A DNA stretch of 64,000 nucleotides from SAR202 cluster bacterium (GCA_030752795.1 JASMDM010000044.1:17096-81095), one strand, 5' to 3'; positions 1 through 9,604 are shown, numbered from the stretch's first letter. The notes: a model not told the origin generated them from the sequence alone. A program made the numbers and translations.

Positions 1-930
1 TTTTAGGTTCAGGAGGAACGGGGTCGTTCGCGCAAGGTCGTCGAACAACCTCAATGGGAGATCGACGCCCAAACGGCCCGCGATCGCCATCAAGTGGATG
101 ATCGCGTTTGTGGAACCGCCGATGGCGTGCAGCGTACGAATGCCGTTCTCGAACGATTCGCGCGTCATGATCTTCGACGGCCGCACGTCGTCTTCGACGA
201 GTTTCAGGATTTGGCGACCGGCCGTCTCAGCGAGCCGCAACCGCCTGGAGTCCACGGCCGGGATCGACGCGTTGCCGGGAGGCGCGATGCCCATCGCCTC
301 GACGACCGATGCCATCGTCGATGCGGTGCCCATCACCATGCAGTGGCCGGGACTGCGAACGATGCACGTTTGGAGCTCGGACCAATCTTCCTCGGTGATG
401 CGGCCGGCTCGGAGCTCGACCTCGTAGCGGCGGCAGTCGGTGCAGGAGCCAAGCTCTTCGCCACGCCAGTTCGCCTTGAGCTGAGGCCCGCCGGTAATCA
501 GAATCGCGGGAACGTCCGCGCTCGCGGCGCCCATGAGCAGGGCAGGGGTCGTCTTGTCGCACCCGCCGAGGAGGATGACGCCGTCGAGCGGGTTGGCGCG
601 GATGGACTCTTCGACATCCATGCTCATCAGGTTGCGGAACAGCATCGTCGTGGGGCGCATGTTGTACTCGCCCAACGACATCACGGGGAACTCCATCGGA
701 AAACCGCCGGCCTGCCACACGCCTCGCTTCACGGCCTCGGCTAGCCCTCGCAGGTGCGAGTTGCAGTGCGTGAGTTCGCTCCAGGTGTTGCAGATCCCGA
801 TGACCGGCTTGCCCTCGAACGCGTCGTGGGTATGCCCCTCCGCCATGAACGCTGCTCGTCGCAGCCAGCCGTACAACTCCGGCGTATCGAACCACTCTTG
901 GCTTCTCAATTTTCCCGTGCTCTGCTCCAT
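1..930 (-). CDS. IlvD/Edd-family dehydratase (dihydroxy-acid or sugar-acid dehydratase), N-terminal 310 codons; the gene runs off the left edge
   Basis: Own minus-strand translation from ATG at 930: MEQSTGKLRSQEWFDTPELYGW...GICNTWSELTHCNSHL...LGGCDKTTPALLMGA...GHCMVMGTASTM...HAIGGSTNAIIHL. The frame stays open to base 1. It is absent from the supplied ORF track, probably because it has no stop codon in the window. Confidence 0.85.
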   Translation of the reverse strand, partial: MEQSTGKLRSQEWFDTPELYGWLRRAAFMAEGHTHDAFEGKPVIGICNTWSELTHCNSHLRGLAEAVKRGVWQAGGFPMEFPVMSLGEYNMRPTTMLFRNLMSMDVEESIRANPLDGVILLGGCDKTTPALLMGAASADVPAILITGGPQLKANWRGEELGSCTDCRRYEVELRAGRITEEDWSELQTCIVRSPGHCMVMGTASTMASVVEAMGIAPPGNASIPAVDSRRLRLAETAGRQILKLVEDDVRPSKIMTRESFENGIRTLHAIGGSTNAIIHLMAIAGRLGVDLPLRLFDDLARTTPFLLNLK

Positions 931-1123
931 GGATGTGCGCTCCTACAATCGAATGTCGATTCAACAGGGGTCCATGATACTACCGCTTCCCCGTTGCCGC
1001 TGCGAAAAAGCGAGCGCCCAGTGATGCGATGCTCGGAACCGGTGCATTGGACGACCAAAGTCGCGATTCGGAACGACTCATCGGCAACTAGCCAAGATCA
1101 TTCGGGCCGCCCGGCCTTTCGGC

Positions 1124-1918
1124 TCACGCGAGCAACAATTGCCAAAACGCTCGAGCCGCATCCAAGTTTTCAGGCGTCATGTCAGCCTGCCGCGACATGC
1201 TGAACATGGGCCCATCGTCCCAAGTAAACCCCACGGGCTCCATGGTGGCCGCGACGAGTTGCCGGTACAACCTGATGCGCTCGGGCTTGTTTGTCGCCTG
1301 ACAGCACTCTGTGAACAGGTCGAAGTAGTCAGGATCGCTGGTCTGCCAGCAGCGAATGGCGTCCTTTTCACCTGTCCAAGGCATCCCGCGAACCAAGAAG
1401 TAATCCACCATCAGGTCGGCGAGCTGATACACCATACGCAGATCTATGGCTTGCTGATAAACGTCGTCCGGATTGTGCAGCATCCGTTCGGTTTGAGCCA
1501 AATTGTACAGAGCTTTGTCAGCCCGGGCGATTGACTCCCCTTCTCCGAAGCTTGCGAATATGTCACCTCGGACGATTTTCTCACGAAGATTCTCCAGGCG
1601 CCCGCACCTGTCCAAAACGATGGTCCCATGTGGCATCCAGTTGATGTAGGTTGATCGAGGATCTGACAAGGAAATCGAACCAGGCTCGGCGTGCGCCAGG
1701 GTTCTGATGTCTTGTTGCGTCGTTATCACCAAGTCGACCAACACGCCGTCGCAAAACGCAGTGCCGTTCGCTACCGACAACGGCCGCTCTGTCAAGACGA
1801 CGAGGAGGTCACGGTCGCTGTGCGGATTCTGCGTGGGATGCCCCGTGGACCCCATGAGCATCAGCCCGTCAACCAGCGGACTTGTTTTCAGACGTTCGAC
1901 CAGAGTCTCGAATTCCAC
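1124..1918 (-). CDS. nucleotidyltransferase-domain protein
   Basis: 264-aa ORF with GTG start. N-terminal MLMGSTGHPTQNPHSDRDLLVV fits the GS...D-x-D nucleotidyltransferase-fold motif. The rest is not recognised. Confidence 0.6.
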   Translation of the reverse strand: MEFETLVERLKTSPLVDGLMLMGSTGHPTQNPHSDRDLLVVLTERPLSVANGTAFCDGVLVDLVITTQQDIRTLAHAEPGSISLSDPRSTYINWMPHGTIVLDRCGRLENLREKIVRGDIFASFGEGESIARADKALYNLAQTERMLHNPDDVYQQAIDLRMVYQLADLMVDYFLVRGMPWTGEKDAIRCWQTSDPDYFDLFTECCQATNKPERIRLYRQLVAATMEPVGFTWDDGPMFSMSRQADMTPENLDAARAFWQLLLA

Positions 1919-2093
1919 GTTCTTTTAGACCTCAGCTGGCACTCCGGCACATCGTCGGCGCTCGCTAAACTCACCACTTTTGGCAACGACCCTTGGGTTG
2001 AACTTTGTTCGAACTTGGAAAGCCGTCAACTCGGGAGAATACACCCAGGTGTGCGGAGAATCGAGCTGTTTCGTTGATTCCGATGCGAGAGAG

Positions 2094-2852
2094 CTATTCG
2101 CCCTCTGGCGCTTCCTCTCCGGCGTCCGATGCGTTCTCACCGTTCGACGACTCGTCGGCTGCGCTGTCGGAACTCTGCACAGTGTCGGCGGGCTCGTCAG
2201 GGGCCGGTTCGGCGGCTTGCTGGGCAGCCATTTGTTGCATCGCGCGAACTTGCTCGTCGATCCAACGTTTCAGGGCGTCGAGGGCCGGCGGCGCGACGTA
2301 GAAGACCTGGATGTCGGCGGCGAACTGCACGCGGTGGTCTTCGCGAACGAAGAGAACGCCGACGTCGCCTTCGCCCAAGGTCTCCTGGATGCGCTCGGCG
2401 ATCTTTTCGTAACGGGCTTGCAGCGTGGACTGGAAGCCTTCCATCGCCAGCGTCATGAGTTTCTCGGAGGACGGGCCCATGGACATCACACGCTGCCAGT
2501 CGGTGTGCTCGTTGACCATCTCGCGGTTTTCGGTCGCCACGAGATTCGCCGACGAACTCGCCATCGCCTGGATGTATCCACACCCCATCGGGTTCATCGT
2601 TTCCAGCAACGGTATCGCCGCATCGCCTTCCTCATACAGCATCTCATGGTAGACGTGGGTCACTGGGCCGAGTGTGCGCTCGAGGTTTCCGACGGCGTCG
2701 CGCACTTCGGACCAATAACGTTGCAGCATCGCCTCGCCCTCTTCCTGGATTCCGGGCGGGAAGACGTAGTTCGGCACCAGGAACAGCTTCCGGGCATTCC
2801 CGTAGGCGTCGGCTCTCGGCTTGGGCATCTGCGATAGGGGTTGCTGTGTCAT
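2094..2852 (-). CDS. hypothetical protein with acidic low-complexity C-terminal tail
   Basis: The realistic-composition part of the 512-aa track ORF starts at ATG 2852 (MTQQPLSQMPKPRADAYGNARKLFLVPNYVFPPG...). The upstream part of that track ORF is Arg/Pro-rich overlap with argS. The tail is ...AEPAPDEPADTVQSSDSAADESSNGENASDAGEEAPEGE. No family recognised. Confidence 0.6.
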   Translation of the reverse strand: MTQQPLSQMPKPRADAYGNARKLFLVPNYVFPPGIQEEGEAMLQRYWSEVRDAVGNLERTLGPVTHVYHEMLYEEGDAAIPLLETMNPMGCGYIQAMASSSANLVATENREMVNEHTDWQRVMSMGPSSEKLMTLAMEGFQSTLQARYEKIAERIQETLGEGDVGVLFVREDHRVQFAADIQVFYVAPPALDALKRWIDEQVRAMQQMAAQQAAEPAPDEPADTVQSSDSAADESSNGENASDAGEEAPEGE

Positions 2853-2971
2853 CTCGAGACTGTCACTCCTGAGTCTTCTCGTCGGGTCGGCCTGAAGGCC
2901 GAGTCCACCGTTGCTTGGGGTGCGATGGCCGTTATGGTCTAGTTCGGAGAGGACGGCTGTTGGGCCTAACC

Positions 2972-4648
2972 TTACATCTGCTCCGGCGCGCTCATGCCCA
3001 TGAGGTCCAGGCAGTTTGCGAGCACGGTTTTGGCGGCTTCGCAAAGCTTGAGTCGCGCCCGCGTGAGCGCTTCCTCGCCTTCGATCCCGGAGACGACACG
3101 GCACTGTTGGTAGAACCAGTGGAAGGCCCCGGCCAGCTCTTGGGCGTAGTGGGGCAAATGGTGAGGCTCTAGATTCTCCGCCATCATCTCCACGAGCTCG
3201 GGCAGCACGGTCATCTTGCGAATCAGGTCCAGCTCCGCTTCGTGTATCAGCAGCGACAGATCGGCTTGCGAATGGTCGATACCCTGTTCCGCAGCTTTCG
3301 TTAGAATGCCCGCGATTCGCGCGTGGGCGTACTGGACGTAGTAGACGGGATTGTCGCTGGACTCGCGTTTGGCGAGCTCCAGGTCGAATTCCATCTGGGT
3401 TTCGGCCGCCCTCGAGAGGAAGAAGAAGCGGCACGCGTCGACGCCGACCTCGTCCACGAGCTCGGAGATGGTGATGATGTTGCCTGAGCGTTTCGACGCC
3501 CGGACGAGCTCGCCGCCCTGTTTGAACGAGACCATCTGGCAGAGGACCATGGTCAGATAGTCCGGGTCGAAACCGAGCGCCTGGACGGCGGTCTTCATGC
3601 GACTGACGTGCCCCTGGTGGTCCGCTCCCCATATGTTGACGACACGCTCGAAACCGCGCCCTTCGAACTTGTCATGATGGTAGGCGATGTCCGACGCGAA
3701 GTAGGTGTGCGAGCCGTCGGATTTGACCAGGACGTTGTCCTTGTCCTCGCCGAGTGCTGTTGAGGCAAACCACACGGCGCCGTCCCGTTCTTCGATGTAC
3801 CCGCCTTCTCCGATGATCTGCATCGCCCGAACGTAACGCCCCGAATCGAACAGTGACTGCTCGCTGAACCACAGGTCGTACTCGACCCCGAGACGGTTCA
3901 AATCTTCGCGAATCGAATCGATCATTCGCTTCACGCCTATTTTGCCGATCCCAATGACAGCGTCTTCGGGCGCCAAGGCGAGGTAGTCTTCGTCTCGCCC
4001 GTCGTCTATGGCCGAAGCCAGATCCGACATGTACTCGCCTTGATAGCCGTCTTCCGGCAGAGGCTCGTCCCGCCCGTGAAGCTGGAGGTACCGGGCGTAC
4101 AGACTCCTGTGGAACAGCTTGATCTGATTCCCGGCGTCGTTTACGTAATACTCGCGTTGGACGTCGTATCCGGCGGCGTCGAGAATCTTGGCAAGCGCGC
4201 TGCCGATAACCGCTCCTCGGGCATGGCCGACGTGGAGCGGTCCGGTTGGGTTGACGCTCACGAACTCGACCTGCACTTTGCGTTGCGCGCCGACATCGCT
4301 GTGTCCGAACCGGTCGCCCTGCGCGATCACCGCGGCGACCTGATCTTGAAACCACGTCGCGCCCATCGAGAAGTTGATGAACCCAGGTCGCGCCGCCCAA
4401 ACGCGCTCAAACGCGCCCCTGGAGGGGATCTGCTCGGCAATCTGCTCGGCAATCGCCATCGGATTCATCCTCATTTGACGGGCGAGCTTCAGCGGCAGCG
4501 TGCTGGAGAGATAGCCGTGCTCGGGATTATTCGGCCGCTCGACGACGGCGTCATCGACCTCCGCCTCGGGCAGGTTGCCTTGCGCCTGTGCCTCTCGGAG
4601 CCCGGCCAGTACGATTTCAGTGACGTCGTTGCGTAAGTCGGTGGTCAT
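2972..4648 (-). CDS. argS: arginine--tRNA ligase
   Basis: 558 aa. Contains the class I HIGH-type motif (PTGPLHVGHARG) and an ArgS-like anticodon-binding C-terminus ending ...MGMSAPEQM followed by TAA. Confidence 0.97.
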   Translation of the reverse strand: MTTDLRNDVTEIVLAGLREAQAQGNLPEAEVDDAVVERPNNPEHGYLSSTLPLKLARQMRMNPMAIAEQIAEQIPSRGAFERVWAARPGFINFSMGATWFQDQVAAVIAQGDRFGHSDVGAQRKVQVEFVSVNPTGPLHVGHARGAVIGSALAKILDAAGYDVQREYYVNDAGNQIKLFHRSLYARYLQLHGRDEPLPEDGYQGEYMSDLASAIDDGRDEDYLALAPEDAVIGIGKIGVKRMIDSIREDLNRLGVEYDLWFSEQSLFDSGRYVRAMQIIGEGGYIEERDGAVWFASTALGEDKDNVLVKSDGSHTYFASDIAYHHDKFEGRGFERVVNIWGADHQGHVSRMKTAVQALGFDPDYLTMVLCQMVSFKQGGELVRASKRSGNIITISELVDEVGVDACRFFFLSRAAETQMEFDLELAKRESSDNPVYYVQYAHARIAGILTKAAEQGIDHSQADLSLLIHEAELDLIRKMTVLPELVEMMAENLEPHHLPHYAQELAGAFHWFYQQCRVVSGIEGEEALTRARLKLCEAAKTVLANCLDLMGMSAPEQM

Positions 4649-4811
4649 TTGTGGTGTTACCTACTGCCTGAGGGCGGATCATCGTTTGTTTTGGGATTCC
4701 ATATCCGGTGCGTCACTCATTATAGCCGTCGTCACGAGCCGGATTCCAATTGACTGCGCCGGCGCCCCATCGCCATTTCGAATTGCCGTCGAGATGCGTC
4801 AGGGTGCTTCC

Positions 4812-5150
4812 GTTCCTCTTCCCACACCCGTGCGGCCTGAGTCCCGACGCATCGGGATCGCGACATCGTCGGAACCTGTCAAAGGCCCGCCCACGAGCAA
4901 GTCCCGCCCAGCATTCGCGCGACAACGGTTGAGCGGCTTGCGATTCGACAGGTCCCGACAAGGTCGGGATCCCGCTGCGTCAGGACTCGCCACGAACGTG
5001 AGCGACGAGCATCCGTTGCTCTGACCCGTCGGCAACTCGAAAGATTCCGCCGATACGATGGGCCTGTTCCTCCTCCCACACCCGTTCGGCCTGAGCCTGT
5101 CGAAGGCCCGCCCACGAACAAGTCCCGCCCAGCACTCGGGCGACGACGGT
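4812..5150. repeat. two copies of a roughly 90-120 nt intergenic repeat plus small TCCCGAC...GTCGGGA hairpins
   Basis: Copy 1 is 4812-4935 and copy 2 is 5063-5150. They share ...GTTCCTC(T/C)TCCCACACCCGT(G/T)CGGCCTGAG...GTC(A/G)AAGGCCCGCCCACGA(G/A)CAAGTCCCGCCCAGCA.... Copy 1 carries a roughly 35-nt hairpin insertion. Confidence 0.6.
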
Positions 5151-5236
5151 ACGGCGTCTTGTGGTTCTGACAAGGCTCGGATTCCGATGCGCCGAGGTCC
5201 AAGTAACCGCATCGAAAAAGCCTGCCTGCGGGGCTC

Positions 5237-5267
5237 CAGATTCTTCGCCTGCGGCCTCTGAATGACA
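5237..5267. repeat. half copy of the GTCATTC-GAGGCCGCAGCCGAAGAATCT repeat family, reverse orientation
   Basis: CAGATTCTTCGCCTGCGGCCTCTGAATGACA is the reverse complement of the core seen at 39937, 59951, 60225 and 63765. Confidence 0.7.
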
Positions 5268-5394
5268 GAATTGTTAAGCGCCGCTGCTGTCTGATGCGTT
5301 GCTCACCAAGATCGCGGAAGGGCGTCAGGCACGAGAGCTCAGTGTCGCTCGGCACGTTGGGCGAGGCCGCAATCATGGGTTCCCGATGCCTGCT

Positions 5395-7080
5395 CTACTC
5401 GCCCTCGTCCCGGTGCACAATCCGGCCGCCGACCATCGTGAGCAGCGACCTGAGCTCGGGCAGCGCCTCCTGTGGCATGTCCAGCAGGTCGTCCGACAGA
5501 ACCGCCAGATCGGCCAGCTTGCCGGGCTCGAGCGAGCCGCGACGGTCCTCGTCGAAGCAGAAGTACGCCCCGCCGACGGTAAACGCCCGCAGCGCCTCCA
5601 CGCGCGTCAGCCGCTGGTCCGGTCCGAGCACCGCGCCCGTGCGCCGCTCGGTGCGCGCGACGGCCGACCAGAACGTAGCCCACGGGCTGTACGGCTTGTT
5701 GTCGGTGCCGAAGCCGAAACGGATTCCCTCATCGATGTATCGCTTGTGAGCCACAACTGTGTCGGCTACGGCTGTGTCGTCCAAATAGGCCGATTCTCGC
5801 AGCCACAGCTCCGTGAGCAGTATCGTTTCGACGAGCAGGCCGAGCCTTTCGATGCGGCGCAGTTGCTCGGTCGTCGCCTGAGTCAGATGGTCGAGCACCC
5901 ATCGTCGACCCCGAATCGCACTCTCTCGATTTACCTCCTCGAACACATCGAGAACGTCTTCAAGCACATCTCGAATCAGCGAGTTCACCCGAAGGTTGTG
6001 CTTCGCGGCCAGACCGACGAGCTGCCGGAACAACTCGGGCGGATAGTGTGTCTGCGCGAAGCCGGCCCAGCCCGTGTACGGCAATTCGGCTGATCTGGCG
6101 CGGGCCACGTACTCGCTGCCGCCGGATTGCAAATAGACGCCGGTCAACTTCAGCATGTCGTCGCCGAATCCTTGTCCCGAAGCGGTGTGCGCCCATAGCT
6201 CGACATCTCGTTCCGCTTGCGCCAACGACTCCCAGGCAGGACTCAGCGTCAGGTGGGAGCGGACGGTCATCTCGCCCGTATCCCAGACCTCTTTGTACGC
6301 CCGCAAGACCTCCGGTGCGACGCCGTGCCCTTCGTAGGTCCCGGTTGTGCCGACCGCGTTGTACATCCGCATCGACTCGCGTAACGCTTTGACGCGTTGA
6401 GCGTGTTCGAATCGTGGCACGACCCGCATCAGAGTGAACTCCACAGTCGGGTACAGGTTGTCGTCGAAGAAGATGCCGGTGGGCTCGCGGTCCGCGCTTT
6501 TTTCGATGGTCACGCTGGTGTTGGGCCCGGATGTGTTCCGATCGACACCGGCGAGCCTGAGCGCCATGCTGTTGGCGACGGACACCGAAGGCGGCACATT
6601 CCACGGCGTCCACGTTCCTTTGATGTAGACCGGGTTGTCGGGCGCCGCCTGGTCGAGGTCCCATCTTGTCGGGTACCGGCCTTCGGCTAGCGTTGCGGTT
6701 GCATCGGCGTAGTTCGGAGGGTCGCCCACGGGCATGGTCACGACCCACTCGCCGGGACGTTTTCGCTCTACTTCAGACCGGATGAGCTCCTGAATGTCGG
6801 CGATAGACCGTGCGTCCTCGAGCGACGGCAAGATGCCTTTGAGGCCTTCGCGATCCATGTGGGCGTGGACGTCGATGATGCCCGGGATTAGCGTCTTGCC
6901 TTGCAGATCTACGACGGTCGTGCCTCGACCGACAAGCGCCATCACGTCGGCGTCGCTTCCGATTGCTTAAATAGCGCCGCCCTGAATAGCGACCGCGGAT
7001 TGGATCGACGATCCTGCGTCTACCGTGAGCACGCGACCGTTGTGCAGAACGGTGTCAGCCGATCGATTCGCTTCTGCCAT
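5395..7080 (-). pseudogene. amidohydrolase-family (Amidohydro_3-like metallohydrolase) gene interrupted by an in-frame TAA; the longest intact ORF is 5395..6945
   Basis: The track ORF begins MMALVGRGTTVVDLQGKTLIPGIIDVHAHMD... Reading the same frame upstream gives ATG(7080) MAEANRSADTVLHNGRVLTVDAGSSIQSAVAIQGGAI-TAA(6967-6969)-AIGSDADVMALVGRG. This is the normal N-terminal beta-sandwich of this family, broken by one stop codon. Confidence 0.75.
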
Positions 7081-7182
7081 GAGCAGCGTCTCCTTTATGA
7101 CGGTTCTGCGTGATCGTACCAGATGGGATAGCATTGGCCTGCGCCAAGGTCCGTGGAATTCGAAAAACCCGGAGGTTGTCTC

Positions 7183-7968
7183 ATGGCCGAATGCAAGCCG
7201 CGATTAGATGGGAAGGTCGCCATCGTTGCCGGCGCCGGATCCCAGGGCCAGATCATGGGCAACGGAAAGGCCACGGCGATCCTGATTGCCCGCGAGGGAG
7301 CTCGCGTGTTGCTCGTCGACTCCGTGGAGGATCGCGCTGTCGAGACGCGGGACGCGATCGCCGCCGAGGGAGGCGTTGCGTCGGTGTTCGCCGGCGATGT
7401 GACGAGCGCGTCGGATTGCGAAGCGATGGTCGAGCAGGCGGTTGCGAGCTACGGGCGGCTCGACATCCTGCACAACAACGTCGGCATCGGCGGCGCGGGA
7501 ACCGTGCTCGAGGTCACCGAGGAGGCTTGGGACCGTGTGATGGAGGTCAACGTCAAGAGCATGATGCTGACCAGCAAGTACGCGATACCGCACATGGTCG
7601 CGGGCGGAGGCGGAGCGATCACGAACGTGTCGTCCATATCCGCCATTCGACCACGAGGATTGACCGCGTACAGCGTGTCCAAAGGAGGCGTCATCGCGCT
7701 CACACAAGCGATGGCGATCGACCACGCGAAGGATCAGGTCAGAGTCAACTGCATCATGCCCGGCCCAGTCTACACGTCGATGGTCGCCGTCAACATGACC
7801 GAGGACCGCCGCGAAGCCCGGCGTCGAGCGTCTCCGCTGCAAATCGAGGGCACGGCGTGGGACATCGGATACGCGGGCGTGTACTTGGCCAGCGACGAAG
7901 CTCGTTGGGTCACGGGCGTGATCCTGCCCGTCGACGGCGGCGTGACGATCGCCAGCCCATCGCGGTGA
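7183..7968 (+). CDS. SDR-family oxidoreductase
   Basis: GKVAIVAGAGSQGQIMGNG (Rossmann Gly-rich motif), NNVG, and YSVSK (the YxxxK catalytic motif). GGAGG lies 7 nt upstream of ATG 7183. Confidence 0.9.
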   Translation: MAECKPRLDGKVAIVAGAGSQGQIMGNGKATAILIAREGARVLLVDSVEDRAVETRDAIAAEGGVASVFAGDVTSASDCEAMVEQAVASYGRLDILHNNVGIGGAGTVLEVTEEAWDRVMEVNVKSMMLTSKYAIPHMVAGGGGAITNVSSISAIRPRGLTAYSVSKGGVIALTQAMAIDHAKDQVRVNCIMPGPVYTSMVAVNMTEDRREARRRASPLQIEGTAWDIGYAGVYLASDEARWVTGVILPVDGGVTIASPSR

Positions 7969-7981
7969 TCTGCTCGTAAGC

Positions 7982-8743
7982 TTAACTTTCTCCGGCGCCT
8001 CTGACGGCTGTGGCTTCGATCTCGACCAGGATGCTCGGTCTGCCCAACGCGGGCACGCCTACGACGGTCGCGGCAGGTCGGATGTCGCCGAGCATCTCGT
8101 TCAGCCCTTGAGAGACCGGGCCGAGATTCTCTTGTCCGACGACGTACGTTCGGGTTCGTGCGGTGTCGGCGAACGACAACCCTTGCTGCTCGATGCCCCA
8201 ACGCATCCAAGCTAGCGTCTCGATCGTCTGGCCGTAGGCGTCGAACGGCGATCCGACTTCCTCGTCCAACCGCACGGAAGTCGTACCCGAGACGTAGACC
8301 ACATCGCCGACCCTGACGGAGCGACAATAGTGGTGGTCTTCCTCGTACGGGCGGCCTGAGTTCACGTTGACCCGCGACTCTCCGGCGCCCTCGACGGCCT
8401 CCACCTCGATCATCTCGGCCACCCGCCGGTCGCCCGTTCCCTGAACCGTGATGCCTGCCGATGTCGGGTGGTGCGGGTGCATGATCCGGAGACGTTCGTC
8501 GGCGGTGTTGACGTCGACATACGCGACGGTGGTGTAGTGCCGCGTGCTCACGATGTCGGCGGCTCCACAGCCCGCCGATCCGATCATCGCAACGATCTTG
8601 TTCGATACCCGACGACTCTGGGCCGATACATCCCCCGGGTTGTGGATGACGCCGTCCGGTTCTTTGGCGGTGACACCGGAGACCCATATGTCGGCGCCCG
8701 CGCAGACAGCGCCCGAATAGCCCCAGTCGGCGGCGTTCGGCAT
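7982..8743 (-). CDS. tandem double RidA/YjgF/L-PSP-domain protein
   Basis: 253 aa with two repeats. Each has the ...VSG(V/T)T... core and a (I/V)E(V/I)EA(V/T) C-terminal strand (IEVEAVEGAGES and VEIEATAVRGAGES). Confidence 0.8.
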   Translation of the reverse strand: MPNAADWGYSGAVCAGADIWVSGVTAKEPDGVIHNPGDVSAQSRRVSNKIVAMIGSAGCGAADIVSTRHYTTVAYVDVNTADERLRIMHPHHPTSAGITVQGTGDRRVAEMIEVEAVEGAGESRVNVNSGRPYEEDHHYCRSVRVGDVVYVSGTTSVRLDEEVGSPFDAYGQTIETLAWMRWGIEQQGLSFADTARTRTYVVGQENLGPVSQGLNEMLGDIRPAATVVGVPALGRPSILVEIEATAVRGAGES

Positions 8744-9126
8744 ACCCCGACGCGCACCGCCGTCGATGCCGAATTGCGCACGGCTTCGACTTCCACGACA
8801 ACCTTCCCATCGTCTGGTAAGAAATGCACTTGAGTCAGGCTCATGGCTGGCCGAACCGAGCCGAACGCGCCGCCGTGTGCTCGACCAAGCGCATCGTGAT
8901 CCGATGGATCGGTGCAGAAGACCCGCGTCCCCACGACGTCTTCCTTCGCGCAGTCGAGCTCACCGAGCGCGTCCTCGGCGCGTGCGACGGCGTCGCGAAA
9001 CTGCGCATCGGCCGTATCGCCGGCGCCGGTCACACCCGAGACGAACACCCGGTCATCGATCGAAACAGCTCCGGTGGAGTCGTAACGATCTTCGGCAGAG
9101 GCTGAAATGGATAAGTGTTTGTTCAT
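8584..9126 (-). CDS. RidA/YjgF-domain protein; its 3' 160 nt overlap the next gene out of frame, so it may be a frameshifted fusion
   Basis: ATG 9126 is preceded by AAGGA. The sequence MNKHLSISASAEDRYDSTGAVSIDDRVFVSGVTGAG...VVVEVEAV forms one RidA domain of about 116 aa. The remaining roughly 60 codons are R/S/T/P-rich and overlap 7982..8743. Confidence 0.65.
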   Translation of the reverse strand: MNKHLSISASAEDRYDSTGAVSIDDRVFVSGVTGAGDTADAQFRDAVARAEDALGELDCAKEDVVGTRVFCTDPSDHDALGRAHGGAFGSVRPAMSLTQVHFLPDDGKVVVEVEAVRNSASTAVRVGVCRTPPTGAIRALSARAPTYGSPVSPPKNRTASSTTRGMYRPRVVGYRTRSLR

Positions 9127-9399
9127 CGCACGCGTCCTTGGTGAATGTATCGAACCGGCGTCATTAATCAACGAACTAGGATTGAGACAGTCCAATCGCA
9201 ACTACGTAGTCGACGACCAACAAACGTAATTTCGTCACATCTCATGGATTCGAATTGTCAAGAACTGGGTCCAGCATTCGCCGGAGTATTCACACCTTGG
9301 TTGATTTGAAAATGTCCGAATTATACCGCATGTCACATATTTGATGAAATCATGTATTGGACAATGTAGCAGTCAACGATGACACCGGCGCCGCCGGTT

Positions 9400-9604
9400 G
9401 TAGGGGAGGGTTTCAAACCCTCCCGAAACATTGCCCGCAATCATGCTTCGAATTCATGTTCACGCGACATACCGAATCGTAATGAATCACGCTAGTCTGA
9501 TTCGTAAACTCAACAAACGCACTTTTGCCAACCCGCGTTTTTCGATATCGCCAACACTGTTTGTTCAACAACACAACGGGAGGGTTTGCCAAACCCTCCC
9601 CTAC
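9400..9604. mobile_element. MITE-like element: AT-rich core of about 150 bp flanked by inverted copies of a self-complementary GTAGGGGAGGGTTT-N-AAACCCTCCC hairpin
   Basis: Left end is 9400-9424, GTAGGGGAGGGTTTCAAACCCTCCC. Right end is 9578-9604, GGGAGGGTTTGCCAAACCCTCCCCTAC, the same unit in reverse complement. The interior is visibly AT-richer than its surroundings. Confidence 0.5.

Noticed and set aside
94-964. Long Arg/Gly/Pro-rich track ORFs such as 94..744 (+) and 227..964 (-). There are many similar ones across the window, for example 3672..4400, 5960..6748, 7110..7979, 7770..8810, 38501..39067, 45225..46088 and 61240..62262.
   Set aside because: They lie antisense to, or out of frame with, genes that have clear family motifs. 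Their composition (R, G, P and A runs with no motifs) is the usual artefact of open frames in GC-rich DNA.
4790-5270. The clustered repeats at 4.8-5.3 kb, and the GTCATTC family elsewhere, considered as a possible CRISPR array.
   Set aside because: There is no regular repeat-spacer periodicity, copies are in both orientations, each unit is internally palindromic, and no cas genes are present. They behave like REP/MITE-type intergenic repeats.
8740-8760. Programmed -1 ribosomal frameshift joining the RidA ORFs.
   Set aside because: There is no X-XXY-YYZ heptanucleotide slippery sequence and no obvious downstream stimulatory structure. A homopolymer-length error or a genuine two-gene arrangement is more likely. 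I kept this as a finding only for the three-domain architecture.
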